Assembly (NCBI GenBank): GCA_965237675.1 | Contig: OZ250150.1 | Location: forward strand, 2,208,001 to 2,272,000 | From: Candidatus Latescibacterota bacterium | GTDB lineage: Bacteria > Latescibacterota > UBA2968 > GCA-2709665 | Direction of reading: 5' to 3' | Length of the DNA: 64,000 nucleotides | In this document: positions 29,501 through 39,547 of the stretch, one piece after another | Layout: each line of letters opens with the position of its first letter | How positions within the stretch are numbered: position 1 is the first letter of the stretch | The notes under the pieces: generated by a model | What the model was told of the DNA's origin: nothing | Database searches by the model: none | Seen by the model: the letters and a program-made list of their open reading frames with translations, nothing else | Position numbers and translations under genes: made by a program

Positions 29501-31612
29501 ATGAACCTGGACGATCCAAAACTGTATACCAACCGGGAAATCTCCTGGCTTCGCTTCAACGAACGCGTCCTCGAAGAAGCCCGGGACCCGAATAATCCTC
29601 TGCTGGAGCGCGTGAAATTCCTGGCGATCGTCGCCAACAACCTGGACGAGTTCTTCGAAATCCGCGTCGCAGGATTGCTTCAGCAGATGGAAGCCGGCGT
29701 ACAGGATGCCGGCCCCGACGGGCGCTTGCCCGAAGAACTGTTCGAAGCCGTTTCCCATGAAACCCACCGTATGGTCGACGAACAATACGCTTGCTGGAAC
29801 GAAGAGCTTTTGCCCGCGCTGAAAGAGGCCGAGGTGCATATCCGTTCGTCGCAAGACCTCGAACCTGCCGAACAGGCATTTATCCGGGATTACTGGCTGA
29901 GGGAACTCCATCCGGTTCTGACGCCCCTCACCGTCAACCCGGCCCATCCCATTCCGCGCGTGGTGAACAAGTCGCTTTGCCTGGCCGTATTGCTCAAGGA
30001 CAGTAAGGGTGACACCTTATTCGGCGTGGTTACGGTTCCGCGCCTGTTGCCGCGTCTCATCCGCTTGCCCAGGGAAGACGAGGGACGGCGCGTGGATTAC
30101 GTGTTTCTGGCCGACCTTGTGCGGGCGCACATCCCGGAGCTGTACAGGGGGTATGAGATCCTGGGTACCGCTGCTTTTCGTATCACGCGCAACAGCGACC
30201 TCTATCTCGATGAAGAAGAAGCCGACGACCTGCTCCTGGCCATTGAAGACGAACTCAAACGCAGGCGCAAGGGCGATACCGTCCGGCTGGAAATCGACGC
30301 GGCGGCGCCGAAACAGATCGAACGGCGGCTTCGGGCCATCTATCATCTGAGCGAGAAACAGGTTTACCGGGTGAACGGTCCGGTCAATCTCAATCGCTTG
30401 ATGATGCTCTACGGGGCGACGCGGCGTCCGGACCTGAAGGATGCGCCGTACCACCCGGCGGAGTACCCCTTCGCCGAAGACCTCGACCAGTTTTTCGCCG
30501 AAATTCGCCAGCGGGACATCCTGTTGCACCATCCATACGACGCCTTCCATCCGGTCATTCAGTTTGTCCAGTCCGCCGCGCGGGATCCGGACGTACTGGC
30601 CATTAAACAGACGCTGTACCGCACCACCGAAGACTCACCCATCATGGATGCGCTGCTGAAAGCGGCGGAAGCGGGCAAAGAGGTTACCGTGATCGTGGAA
30701 CTCAAAGCCCGATTCGACGAAGCCTCCAACATCCGATGGGCGCGGCAACTCCAGGATGCGGGCGTGTACGTCGCCTACGGCATGGTGGGCCTCAAGACGC
30801 ATTGCAAGCTCTCCATGCTGGTCCGGCGCGAAGCCGATGGCCTCCGCCGCTACGCACACATCGGTACCGGAAACTACAATGCATCGACGGCGCGGGTGTA
30901 TACGGACCTGGGTCTGATGACCGCCCGGGAAGACATTACCAGCGACGTGGCCGAAGTGTTCAACCTGCTTACCACCCAGTCCGACCATCCCGAGGTCAAA
31001 AAGCTGCTGGTTGCGCCCTTCAATATGATGGACTCCATTCTGGCGAAAATCGATCGGGAGATTGAACACGCCAGGGCCGGGCGACCGGCCCGCATTGTCT
31101 GCAAAATGAACTCGCTTCAGGATGCAAAGGTCGTGAAAGCGCTTTACAGAGCCTCTCAAAGCGGCGTGGACGTCGACCTGATCGTCCGCGGGATCTGCTC
31201 TATCCGTCCCGGCATTCCCGGAATCAGCGACCGCATTCGTGTGAGAAGCATCGTCGGGCGTTACCTGGAGCACAGCCGCATATATATGTTCGAGAACGGT
31301 GCGAATCCCGAGATATACATTGGCAGCGCGGACTGGATGCCGCGCAATCTCCGTCGTCGCGTCGAGATTCTCTGTCCAATCGAAGATCCGGTTCTCGTCC
31401 GAAGAATCAAATCCCAGATCCTCTCACCGTGCCTGGCGGACAATATCAAAGCCCGTGAGCTTCTTCCGGACGGCGACCATCGCCGCGTGGGGGCCTCGAA
31501 CGGACGGACGGTCATTTCGTCACAGGAGCTTCTGATGGGGCTGGCCAGAGGAGAACAGTTCGATATTCCGGACTTTTTCGCCTCTAACGGCCCGGGTCCG
31601 CCGCCCGTTTGA
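29501..31612 (+). CDS. ppk1: Polyphosphate kinase 1
   Basis: NREISWLRFNERVL, LLHHPY, ELKARFDE, KTHCK and RYLEHSRI. Start may be 29471 or 29501. Confidence 0.96.
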   Translation: MNLDDPKLYTNREISWLRFNERVLEEARDPNNPLLERVKFLAIVANNLDEFFEIRVAGLLQQMEAGVQDAGPDGRLPEELFEAVSHETHRMVDEQYACWNEELLPALKEAEVHIRSSQDLEPAEQAFIRDYWLRELHPVLTPLTVNPAHPIPRVVNKSLCLAVLLKDSKGDTLFGVVTVPRLLPRLIRLPREDEGRRVDYVFLADLVRAHIPELYRGYEILGTAAFRITRNSDLYLDEEEADDLLLAIEDELKRRRKGDTVRLEIDAAAPKQIERRLRAIYHLSEKQVYRVNGPVNLNRLMMLYGATRRPDLKDAPYHPAEYPFAEDLDQFFAEIRQRDILLHHPYDAFHPVIQFVQSAARDPDVLAIKQTLYRTTEDSPIMDALLKAAEAGKEVTVIVELKARFDEASNIRWARQLQDAGVYVAYGMVGLKTHCKLSMLVRREADGLRRYAHIGTGNYNASTARVYTDLGLMTAREDITSDVAEVFNLLTTQSDHPEVKKLLVAPFNMMDSILAKIDREIEHARAGRPARIVCKMNSLQDAKVVKALYRASQSGVDVDLIVRGICSIRPGIPGISDRIRVRSIVGRYLEHSRIYMFENGANPEIYIGSADWMPRNLRRRVEILCPIEDPVLVRRIKSQILSPCLADNIKARELLPDGDHRRVGASNGRTVISSQELLMGLARGEQFDIPDFFASNGPGPPPV

Positions 31613-31621
31613 ATCCCCGCC

Positions 31622-31646
31622 AAAAAAAGCCGGAGGACTCTCCGGC
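31622..31646 (-). terminator. Rho-independent terminator between convergent ppk1 and phoR
   Basis: GCCGGAG-N4-CTCCGGC hairpin with T7 on the minus strand. Confidence 0.6.
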
Positions 31647-31747
31647 AATCCTCCGTCTTTCATTCGTTCGCGACGACAAGGGTTCTGACACGGAAATAGA
31701 TCGCCGAATGGTGACATATTTCCGGGACAGGACACCAGGTTTCACGG

Positions 31748-33601
31748 CTATACAATCGGAAGGGTGAAACCGAACGTCGACCCGGCGCCGAGTACGCTCT
31801 TCGTGTAGACCCGCTCCCCGTGGGCCTCAACGATATGCCGGACAATCGAGAGTCCCAGACCGGTTCCACCCAGGCTCCGGGAACGTCCCTTGTCCACCCT
31901 GTAGAATCGTTCGAACACCCGCGGCAGCGAATCCGAAGCGATCCCGATACCCGTATCCACGACTTCCAGGGCGATACGTTCGCCCGCGGGCCTTGAATCC
32001 CCAGGCGGATGGCCGGCGTCCGCCGCCGGAATGAACCGCGGCGTGTTCTCCATATCCGCACCCGCGAATACCTCGTCCGTTCCGAGCCGCCTGGCAGCCA
32101 CCCGCACCTGCCCGCCTTGAGGTGTATATTTCACGGCATTGTCGAGCAGGTTGACGACGGCCTGCTCGATCAACTTCGGGTCGCCGCGGACCGTCAGTTC
32201 ATCCTGAACCGTAACTGCAACCCCAATGCCCTTGTCTTCGGCCTGCTGTCGGACTGAATCGTACGCCCGATCCACCACCCTTCGGATTGCGAAATCTTCC
32301 ATTTCAATCGCCAGCCTGTCGGACTGCAGCCGCGAAAGATCGAGCAGATCTTCCAGCAATAGTTGGAGCCGGTCTGTATGCTTCAGAATGGTTTGCACGA
32401 ATCGCTCTGAGGTGGCGTGGTCTTCAAGCGCGCCCTCCGCCAGCGTATCCGCGCAACCCTTGATGGCCGTGAGGGGTGTTCGTATTTCGTGGGATACATT
32501 GGCCACGAAATCCTTGCGTGCGCGCTCCAGCCGGTGCAATTCGGTCGTATCGTAGAAGACCGCCACCACTCCCTCGCGGCGAATGGGTCCCACGTGCACG
32601 TCGAAATGGCGCTCAGGCAATCCGGACGTTGTCATTGCCTGCGTCCGGGCTTCGCCGGTTCTCAGGGTGTGTTCGATTGCCTCCTGGACCTGCACGTTGC
32701 GGATCATCTCCACCGGCGGCCGGCCTTCCGTCGGCGGCATCACACCGAAAAGACGTTCGAACGATTGATTGGTCAGAACAACACGCCCGTCGGGTCCTGT
32801 GACGAGGATGCCCACGGTGATACCCGCGAGAATCGTCTCCAGTCGGGACTTTTCACCGACGATATTCGCAATCCGGTCCCGGATCTGATGTCGTGCCGAA
32901 TCCAGTGTTCGCGCCAGGTCCTTGATTTCCCGCGAAAAGGCGACAGACGGAATTTCTTCATCGAGATTACCCGCGGCCACCGAACGCGCAACGCGCGTCA
33001 GTTTCTCTATGGGACGCGAGATATATTGCGAGATGTTGTAGGACAGCAGCAGCGCCAGGGCCAACCCCAGCGCGGATGCCGCCCACATCGCGCGATTGAC
33101 GCGGTCCTGGAGTTGTCCCACGTGCGTCAGCGGCGCGCCCAGACGCAACACCACTCGCCCGTCCTCCAGCCCTGGAACGGTTTTGGCCACATACAGCATT
33201 TCCTGTTCGGCCGTTTCGGCGTAACGCACGTGTTGGCCAACCGAGCCTTGCCACGCGGACAGGACCTCAGGGCTACCTGCCTGATTCGCCACCCGCTTGA
33301 GATCCTCCACCCGCACGTCCGAATCCCACAAAATCTTCCCGGCGCCGTCTATAACCGTCGCCCGAACGTCCAGCCGCCGCCCGATCCGTTTCACGATCTC
33401 ATTAACGGCTCGCGAAGCCGCGGACTCTTCCCATTGGCCTGCCAGATAGTCAGCGGCTGTCCTGACCTCCGTCGTGAGCGCGTCCCGGCGTTGCGCCAGC
33501 AGGATATCCCGAATCGTACGGGTCAGAAACATATGTACGGCTGCCATGGCCATTGCGATGACCGCAATGCTAATCAACATCAGCCGCCAATGAAATCGCA
33601 T
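31748..33601 (-). CDS. phoR: Phosphate regulon sensor kinase (HAMP-PAS-HisKA-HATPase)
   Basis: FVANVSHEIRTPLT, NLLDNAVKYT and FERFYRVDKGRSRSLGGTGLGLSIV. Confidence 0.92.
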   Translation of the reverse strand: MRFHWRLMLISIAVIAMAMAAVHMFLTRTIRDILLAQRRDALTTEVRTAADYLAGQWEESAASRAVNEIVKRIGRRLDVRATVIDGAGKILWDSDVRVEDLKRVANQAGSPEVLSAWQGSVGQHVRYAETAEQEMLYVAKTVPGLEDGRVVLRLGAPLTHVGQLQDRVNRAMWAASALGLALALLLSYNISQYISRPIEKLTRVARSVAAGNLDEEIPSVAFSREIKDLARTLDSARHQIRDRIANIVGEKSRLETILAGITVGILVTGPDGRVVLTNQSFERLFGVMPPTEGRPPVEMIRNVQVQEAIEHTLRTGEARTQAMTTSGLPERHFDVHVGPIRREGVVAVFYDTTELHRLERARKDFVANVSHEIRTPLTAIKGCADTLAEGALEDHATSERFVQTILKHTDRLQLLLEDLLDLSRLQSDRLAIEMEDFAIRRVVDRAYDSVRQQAEDKGIGVAVTVQDELTVRGDPKLIEQAVVNLLDNAVKYTPQGGQVRVAARRLGTDEVFAGADMENTPRFIPAADAGHPPGDSRPAGERIALEVVDTGIGIASDSLPRVFERFYRVDKGRSRSLGGTGLGLSIVRHIVEAHGERVYTKSVLGAGSTFGFTLPIV

Positions 33602-33861
33602 CTCACTCGCCTTCCTGGCACTGTCCTAACTCGCTGTTGTCGACACTAATTCTATTAAAGACCGTAACCTCAGGAATGAAAACACCAGCCAACAATACGT
33701 TCACGGATCTTCTGTTTCTCTGGGATTTCAATGACAAAAATGACCCGTGCCATCTCAAAAAAAATCGGACACAGGCCATCGGGAAAGAACAATCAAGAAT
33801 GCAGGACTTCAACCTGATCTGAAAGACTGTCGCGAGACGTTACCGTCCATCGCAACCCTGA

Positions 33862-34131
33862 TTATGCGTCCTGCAATGGAGCCAACTCTTCAGGATCAAG
33901 CAGAGGAATGTGAAGCTCCTTCAACACTTCGTTGATCTGGTCCGACGTCACTTGAGTCGGAGCAGTGATCTCCAGCCCGATCGGGTGTCCTTCTGCCTCA
34001 TAATCTACCAGCAGGCCTCTCCGAACTTTCTCTGTTCTTACACTTCGGGCTCTGACGTTTCTGGGAAAATACAAATACGCTGCCATTGGCCTGCCCTTCC
34101 GAAATGTAATCTCCAAATATCGATCTCTCAT
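33862..34131 (-). CDS. DUF2283-like putative antitoxin
   Basis: AAYLYF...SVRTEKVRRGLLVDYEAEGHPIGLEI; low GC. Confidence 0.75.
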   Translation of the reverse strand: MRDRYLEITFRKGRPMAAYLYFPRNVRARSVRTEKVRRGLLVDYEAEGHPIGLEITAPTQVTSDQINEVLKELHIPLLDPEELAPLQDA

Positions 34132-34145
34132 CGTACCTTGCTCTC

Positions 34146-34403
34146 TCAGATTGGATAAGCGGTGACAATCACCAGCGATTTATCTTCAAAATCCGGCTCG
34201 ACAATAACCTCCCAACCTTTCTGTTGATACTGACTTTCTACGACAAATCGACCCTCATATTCATCTTTCCGATAGCCTCGGGCACTGTCAAACATCTCTC
34301 TAAGAGCAATCTCTGTAAAATCTCTCAGCTCCATTCGTTTTCCAACGTGTGGGGTGATTTCCAGTTCCCACTTCCACCAATCAGGCCAATTCATCTTTGC
34401 CAT
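34146..34403 (-). CDS. DUF4258-like putative toxin
   Basis: ITPHVGKRMELRDFTE...WEVIVEPD...LVIVTAYP, directly upstream of the DUF2283-like gene. Confidence 0.7.
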   Translation of the reverse strand: MAKMNWPDWWKWELEITPHVGKRMELRDFTEIALREMFDSARGYRKDEYEGRFVVESQYQQKGWEVIVEPDFEDKSLVIVTAYPI

Positions 34404-34538
34404 CCGAATAGAGTCTGGACTGACTCGTCATAAATATAAGAAAAGCAAAGCAGTCATGACACGATTTTGAAGCTTGGTAGTAATCGGTCGGAAGGGTGAC
34501 GACGAAGTCCCTAACGGGGCGGCAATACAGTGCAGGCG

Positions 34539-36002
34539 TTAGAGGCGCCTTCCTCCGGCGAATCCATTGTATTCATCCAGGAACCACTCGGCTTGTTTCG
34601 TCATAAAGACGCCGATCTCCTCCCCCTTGAAGGCGAAAGATATCCTGAGCCCTCCCAGGTAAATATCCGTGATGTAGACTTCCATGTTGAGCGTCTGTCC
34701 GTCGATCCACGCGGCCGAGGCCAGGCAATCGTATTCGATGCCCGGGACCGAGCCGATCTGTTCGCCGAAGTAGCCGCGTTGGGGGAACTTGCCCGGCAGC
34801 ACGCGTCCGATACCGAACCGCAGCACATTGTCGCCCTGACCGTTGGTATATTCCCACGTGCCCTGATCCTCCCTGAAGGACAGGCGCATCCGCGTGATCC
34901 CCATCGGGTTGTCTTCCAAAGCGTACCAGGCTCCGTTGACTTCCGAGGCCGCCCGCGCATCGGGGTCCCCGGGGATCGGCAGGACTGCGAGCCGCTCGAT
35001 CTTGTCGGAGAGTTCCGCGTGGGCGTCGCGGTTCTCCGGAAGCGGCGCGTCAGACAGGTGGGGGTAGAGTTCCTGCCGCATCACGGCAGGAATGGCGCTA
35101 CCGGCCGGTGCGCCCTGTGTGTCGGCGATGCATGTGAACAGAAACTCTTTGTCGGGAAAACAGATGGCGTACTGACTGCCCATCCCGCGGAAGGAGAATC
35201 CGTTCTCTTTGTCTCGCCAGATCTGATATCCATACCCGCAGTTCCCCCGGATGGCGTTGTCGATCTGGCTGGAGGTCGCGGAGCCCACGTACGCCTCCGG
35301 GAGGACCCTTTCATCGTCCCACATGCCGCCGTTCATGCAGGCGAGTGCGACTCTGGCCAGATCGCGAAGCGTACAGATGACCCCCGATCCGCCCCACGAC
35401 ACACCCTCGGGCGTGCGGATGCACCATGCGTCGGCGGAGAATCCGATCCGGTCCAAAAATCGCGGTCGCATGTAATCCAGAAAGGGCATGCCGGCAAGCC
35501 GTTCGACCGTGGCCGTGAGCACGACGGTTGCCGCAGTGTCGTACGAGAAGATCGTTCCGGGAGGATGCGAGGGTGTCCGGTTGAAGAAGGTCCAAACCCA
35601 GTCCGGATCGCCGCGCGTATAGGAGGTTCTCGAATGGGGGGTCGACATCGTCAGGAGGTCCCGGACGGTCGAGGCAGCAAGCCATGGATGGAGTTTTTCC
35701 GGCAGTTTTTCCGGGAAGTATTCGGCGACCCGATCGTCGAGTGTAAGCCCGCCTTCTTCGACCATCATCCCGACCGCCAACGCGACGAAGCTCTTGCTGA
35801 CCGAATACATCCGGTGCATGCGCTCCGCCGACCACGGGGCCCAGTATCCCTCAGCCGCAATTCTGTTGCGACGCACCAGCAGGAACCCGTGCATGCAGAT
35901 TCGCTCGGAGTCGATCCGCTCCAGGAAATTCAGGATCGCCCGTGAAGGGATTCCCAGGCTTTCGGGGGAGGGCGCCGTTGCAAACACTTTTTCACTTCCC
36001 AT
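34539..36002 (-). CDS. Serine hydrolase, beta-lactamase class C-like
   Basis: SxxK motif MYSVSKS, TVRDLLTM, PGTIFSYDT and YGYQIW. The 5' extension in the ORF track runs through repeats, so the start is probably near 36002. Confidence 0.88.
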   Translation of the reverse strand: MGSEKVFATAPSPESLGIPSRAILNFLERIDSERICMHGFLLVRRNRIAAEGYWAPWSAERMHRMYSVSKSFVALAVGMMVEEGGLTLDDRVAEYFPEKLPEKLHPWLAASTVRDLLTMSTPHSRTSYTRGDPDWVWTFFNRTPSHPPGTIFSYDTAATVVLTATVERLAGMPFLDYMRPRFLDRIGFSADAWCIRTPEGVSWGGSGVICTLRDLARVALACMNGGMWDDERVLPEAYVGSATSSQIDNAIRGNCGYGYQIWRDKENGFSFRGMGSQYAICFPDKEFLFTCIADTQGAPAGSAIPAVMRQELYPHLSDAPLPENRDAHAELSDKIERLAVLPIPGDPDARAASEVNGAWYALEDNPMGITRMRLSFREDQGTWEYTNGQGDNVLRFGIGRVLPGKFPQRGYFGEQIGSVPGIEYDCLASAAWIDGQTLNMEVYITDIYLGGLRISFAFKGEEIGVFMTKQAEWFLDEYNGFAGGRRL

Positions 36003-36134
36003 ATCGGCTCCATGAGCTTGTCGAAGCGTGGTCATTGGGGTCGTTGAGCCTGTCGAAACGAGCTTGTCGAAATGCCCGCGTTTCGCTACACGTTGCGAAC
36101 TCCAAATGCCTCCGAACATACGGATCACCGCATC

Positions 36135-36842
36135 TCACAGGCGATCTCCCTTGAAACGATAGCCGACGCCCCGGACAGTCTCGACCATTTCGCTCGCGCC
36201 GTCCAGTTTCTCCCTCAATCGGCGTATATGCGTATCCACGGTCCGCCCATAACCGGCGTAGGTGTAACCCCAAACCGTATTCAGCAATTCCTCCCTGGAC
36301 TGCACGCGGCCCCTGCGCTCGGCCAGTGTAACAAGCAAACTGAACTCGGTCGATGTCAACGCCAGCACATCGCCGCTCACGGTTACCCGGTGGGCGGCCT
36401 GATCGATGGTGAGGGGTCCGAATCTCATCGCTTCCCGATCGGACTCGGGCGTCGCCGAGTCCCGGCCTTCCGCCAGCCGCCGCAGGATGGCCTGGACACG
36501 GAGCACCAGTTCGCGGGGAGAGAACGGCTTTACGACATAGTCGTCCGCTCCCAGTTCCAGCCCCACGACGCGGTCCACCTCTTCGGCGCGCGCCGTCAGC
36601 ATCAGAATAGGCAGATCGCGGGTGGCCGCGTCCTGCTTCAGGTGTCTGCACACTTCGAGACCGTCTATTTCCGGCAGCATCAGATCCAGCACGACCAGAT
36701 CCGGAATCCCCTCCCGAATGAGGTCGAGGGCCGCCTCGCCCGTTTCGACGGCGGCCACCGTAAAGCCCGCCTTTTCAAGATTGTAAGTGACGATTTCCTG
36801 AATGTCGACTTCGTCTTCAACCACAAGAATATTGCCGTTCAT
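36135..36842 (-). CDS. phoB: PhoB/OmpR-family response regulator
   Basis: ILVVEDE, LDLMLP, GLELGADDYVVKPFS, RTVDTHIRRLR and TVRGVGY; located in the pst/phoR context. Confidence 0.9.
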   Translation of the reverse strand: MNGNILVVEDEVDIQEIVTYNLEKAGFTVAAVETGEAALDLIREGIPDLVVLDLMLPEIDGLEVCRHLKQDAATRDLPILMLTARAEEVDRVVGLELGADDYVVKPFSPRELVLRVQAILRRLAEGRDSATPESDREAMRFGPLTIDQAAHRVTVSGDVLALTSTEFSLLVTLAERRGRVQSREELLNTVWGYTYAGYGRTVDTHIRRLREKLDGASEMVETVRGVGYRFKGDRL

Positions 36843-37052
36843 GGATGCCCTCATATTAGCAACAGACCCGTCGCCCAGCCGGGAACTGAGACGTCATCTC
36901 CTCCCCGAAATGCAATATACAAAAGGGACAGAAATGGGCAATCCTCCAGAGCATTTTCCGGGCCGCCGGACAAAAGAAACACATTGTCCACCTGATGGGA
37001 ATCAACGAGACAGAAGACAATCCGAATGATCCGGCGAGGCGGCTTTCGGGCG

Positions 37053-39029
37053 CTAAACGGGAGAAAAGGAAATATCTCCGCGCCAGGGATCACAACGTCC
37101 CAACCGGACGGCCACGGTGTCTCCCGGCTGCACCTTCACGGGCGGTCTGACTTCCGTCTGAAACGCGAAATCCAGCACTTCCACGTTCAGTGTCCGTTCA
37201 CGCGCTTCCAGCGCCACCGCCTCGAATACTTCGCCTACCCGAGTCTGCAGATAGCGGAACAACCAGTACCGCTCCCGCTGTCGCTCGATGCGGATCAACG
37301 TGCGCATCCGTTCCTCGGCTTCAAAAATAACCCGCTGGATGCGCTCGTCGTCATAAGGCAGCGGTTGATCCAGCAGATACGCCGCCATTTGCCGTTGAAC
37401 CGCCAGATCCGTATACCTGCGCAGTGGCGAAGAGGCCTGGCAGTACGCCTCCACACCCAGCCCGCCGTGCAATTCCGGCGTCACACTCATCGACGCCCGT
37501 CGCATTCTGCGCAACACCCTGTAACGGCGCAAAACCTCGTTCTCGACGTCGCGGAAATTCTCAAGATCCGGTGCGGTCTGGGTCCGGTACACCACTGGAA
37601 TTTCCCGGTCGCGGCAAAACCTCGCCACCGCCACATTGGCCATCACCATCATCTCGCTCACGAGCAGGTTGGCCGGGGATCTGCCGTCCTGCATCGAAAA
37701 TTCGATTTCCCCCTCCGAAGTTATCCCGATTCGCCGATTCGGATGTTCCACGTCAATTGCGCCGTTCTGCAGGCGCTCGATGCAGTGCCACTCCGCCACG
37801 GCGTGCAATGCCGATAAGTCGTTGTGCAGTGAATGGGATGAATCCTCCAGGATGCCATTCACGGCGTCATACGAAAGTTTTTCCCTGCACATTACAACGG
37901 ACGGCACGATCTCAACGCCTTCCACCGTCCCATCGGGCGAAACCTCGAACAGCTGACTCAGCGCCAGCCTGGGCACGTCCGGTCGGAGACTGCCCAGATC
38001 GCTTGAAACCGTCTCCGGAAACATGGGGATCTTACGGTCCGGGAAGTAAAGACTCGAAACCCGCGCCGCCGCCTCCCGGTCGGGTTCGGAATCCAGGGGA
38101 ATCAATCCAGCCACGTCGGTGATGTGCACACCCACCTGCATTGTCCTGTCGGCTCGTATCAGGACCGACACGCCATCGTCCATGTCGGTCGTTGTCGCGT
38201 CGTCAACCGCGTATATCGCCAGATCTGTCAGATCCCGTCGTCGGCCGACATCGAGCAAAGGAGCCAGGCGCAACGCATCCGCCGCCTCATTGACAACCGC
38301 CGGAAAATCAACCGGCACCTCGGCCCGGATCAGGTCCAGATGTTCATCCGGACCCCATACACCGTGGCGCACCAGTCGTTCGAAGGCGATGCGCGAGTCC
38401 ACCCTGGCGCCTGCCATGCGCTCCACCCAACCGAGATGAACACTCTTTTCACCCTGCAACACGTAATCCTTCAGCCGATCGACCCATCCGCCAACATATT
38501 CCGGCGATTCCTCACGGCATTCCTCGAACCAATGCTGAAACCGCGCTTTCTCCTTGGCGCGTTCCGCCTGCTGTCGGGCAGCGTCCTGCCGCGCCTGAAC
38601 CTCTTCCTTGCTTAATGCGCGGTACCTGCCCCCACGCCTCTCCGCCTCGAAATAAGGGTTTTGCTCGAGATGGACCAGCAACGCGGCCCGCTGATCCGGC
38701 GTTTCGTCGCCTTCGTAATAGAGATCGGCCAATTCATCCACCGGCCAGACCTCCACGTCATCACGTAACAGTTCCCACAGGTCCTCCAGGTCGATGCGTT
38801 CGCTGTCCTCCTCCGCGCGCGCCATCCACAAGGCCGCGGCGGTCCAGTCGCCGGCCGTCTCTCCCGTGCGGAGCAACACATTCTCAACCGGCGTATTCAC
38901 CGTTTCCTTCCTGGCCGTCGCGAACCGCACCTTTCCCCCTTGCAACGACAGGCAAACCCCCGCCATCAATCGGTTTCGGTATCGAAAAAAGGCAATTTCG
39001 TGTTTCGCAACGGTAATAGCCATTGTCAT
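37053..39029 (-). CDS. RNB-domain exoribonuclease (RNase II/R family)
   Basis: VDDATTTDMDDG, VGVHITDV, LVSEMMVMAN and SSPLRRYTDL, plus a C-terminal S1-like region. Start moved to 39029 or 39023. Confidence 0.9.
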   Translation of the reverse strand: MTMAITVAKHEIAFFRYRNRLMAGVCLSLQGGKVRFATARKETVNTPVENVLLRTGETAGDWTAAALWMARAEEDSERIDLEDLWELLRDDVEVWPVDELADLYYEGDETPDQRAALLVHLEQNPYFEAERRGGRYRALSKEEVQARQDAARQQAERAKEKARFQHWFEECREESPEYVGGWVDRLKDYVLQGEKSVHLGWVERMAGARVDSRIAFERLVRHGVWGPDEHLDLIRAEVPVDFPAVVNEAADALRLAPLLDVGRRRDLTDLAIYAVDDATTTDMDDGVSVLIRADRTMQVGVHITDVAGLIPLDSEPDREAAARVSSLYFPDRKIPMFPETVSSDLGSLRPDVPRLALSQLFEVSPDGTVEGVEIVPSVVMCREKLSYDAVNGILEDSSHSLHNDLSALHAVAEWHCIERLQNGAIDVEHPNRRIGITSEGEIEFSMQDGRSPANLLVSEMMVMANVAVARFCRDREIPVVYRTQTAPDLENFRDVENEVLRRYRVLRRMRRASMSVTPELHGGLGVEAYCQASSPLRRYTDLAVQRQMAAYLLDQPLPYDDERIQRVIFEAEERMRTLIRIERQRERYWLFRYLQTRVGEVFEAVALEARERTLNVEVLDFAFQTEVRPPVKVQPGDTVAVRLGRCDPWRGDISFSPV

Positions 39030-39163
39030 TGCCCATCGGTGGTCGTAAGAGGTGGGCCCGAGTGCGAGGAGAGGGTCTATTGTAACCCGCCACCCCGGGT
39101 CGTCTGGCCGCGGTGGCGCATCCGGTAGGCCTCGCCGGCGCCCTGCACCTGGAAGGCGGCGGG

Positions 39164-39547
39164 TTATCGTTGAGGTTTCCGGGCGACCACGTCGATTTCC
39201 ACCAGGATTCCGGGCAGGACGGACTGCACCGTCGTCCTGGCCGGTCGGACGCCTGCAAAGAACTCGGAATATACGCGATTGAATGCCGCAAAATCGCCGA
39301 TATCGGCCAGGTGGCACGTAGATTTTACCACGTCGCTCATGGTACAGCCCGCCTCTTCAAGTACCTTCCGGATATGCTCCAGCGTCGTGTGGGTCTGCAC
39401 TTCAATGTCGTCACCGATCACCTCGCCCGTGGCCATATCCAGCGACGCATGCCCGCTCACATAAACCCAGCCATCGGCTTCCACCGCCGCTGAATACGCC
39501 CCCGTATCCACCTGCTTATCCGGGTGTCTGATCTCCCGCTTGCCCAT
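39164..39547 (-). CDS. RidA/YjgF family protein
   Basis: GAYSAAV, YVSGH, FAAFNRVYSEFF and RPARTTV; GGAGG RBS. Confidence 0.9.
   Translation of the reverse strand: MGKREIRHPDKQVDTGAYSAAVEADGWVYVSGHASLDMATGEVIGDDIEVQTHTTLEHIRKVLEEAGCTMSDVVKSTCHLADIGDFAAFNRVYSEFFAGVRPARTTVQSVLPGILVEIDVVARKPQR

Noticed and set aside
34504-34546. attC-like TAAC...GTTAG around the serine hydrolase stop, plus a half-site GTCCTAACTCGCTGTTGTCGACAC at about 33623-33646
   Set aside because: Only about 38 bp (attC sites are roughly 55 bp or longer), imperfect R boxes, no partner for the half-site and no intI. Not enough to call an integron.
36003-36128. N-terminal extension of the serine hydrolase
   Set aside because: It translates REP-like repeat DNA. 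The ORF-track starts at 4442, 24544, 39317 and 39660 are similarly over-extended.
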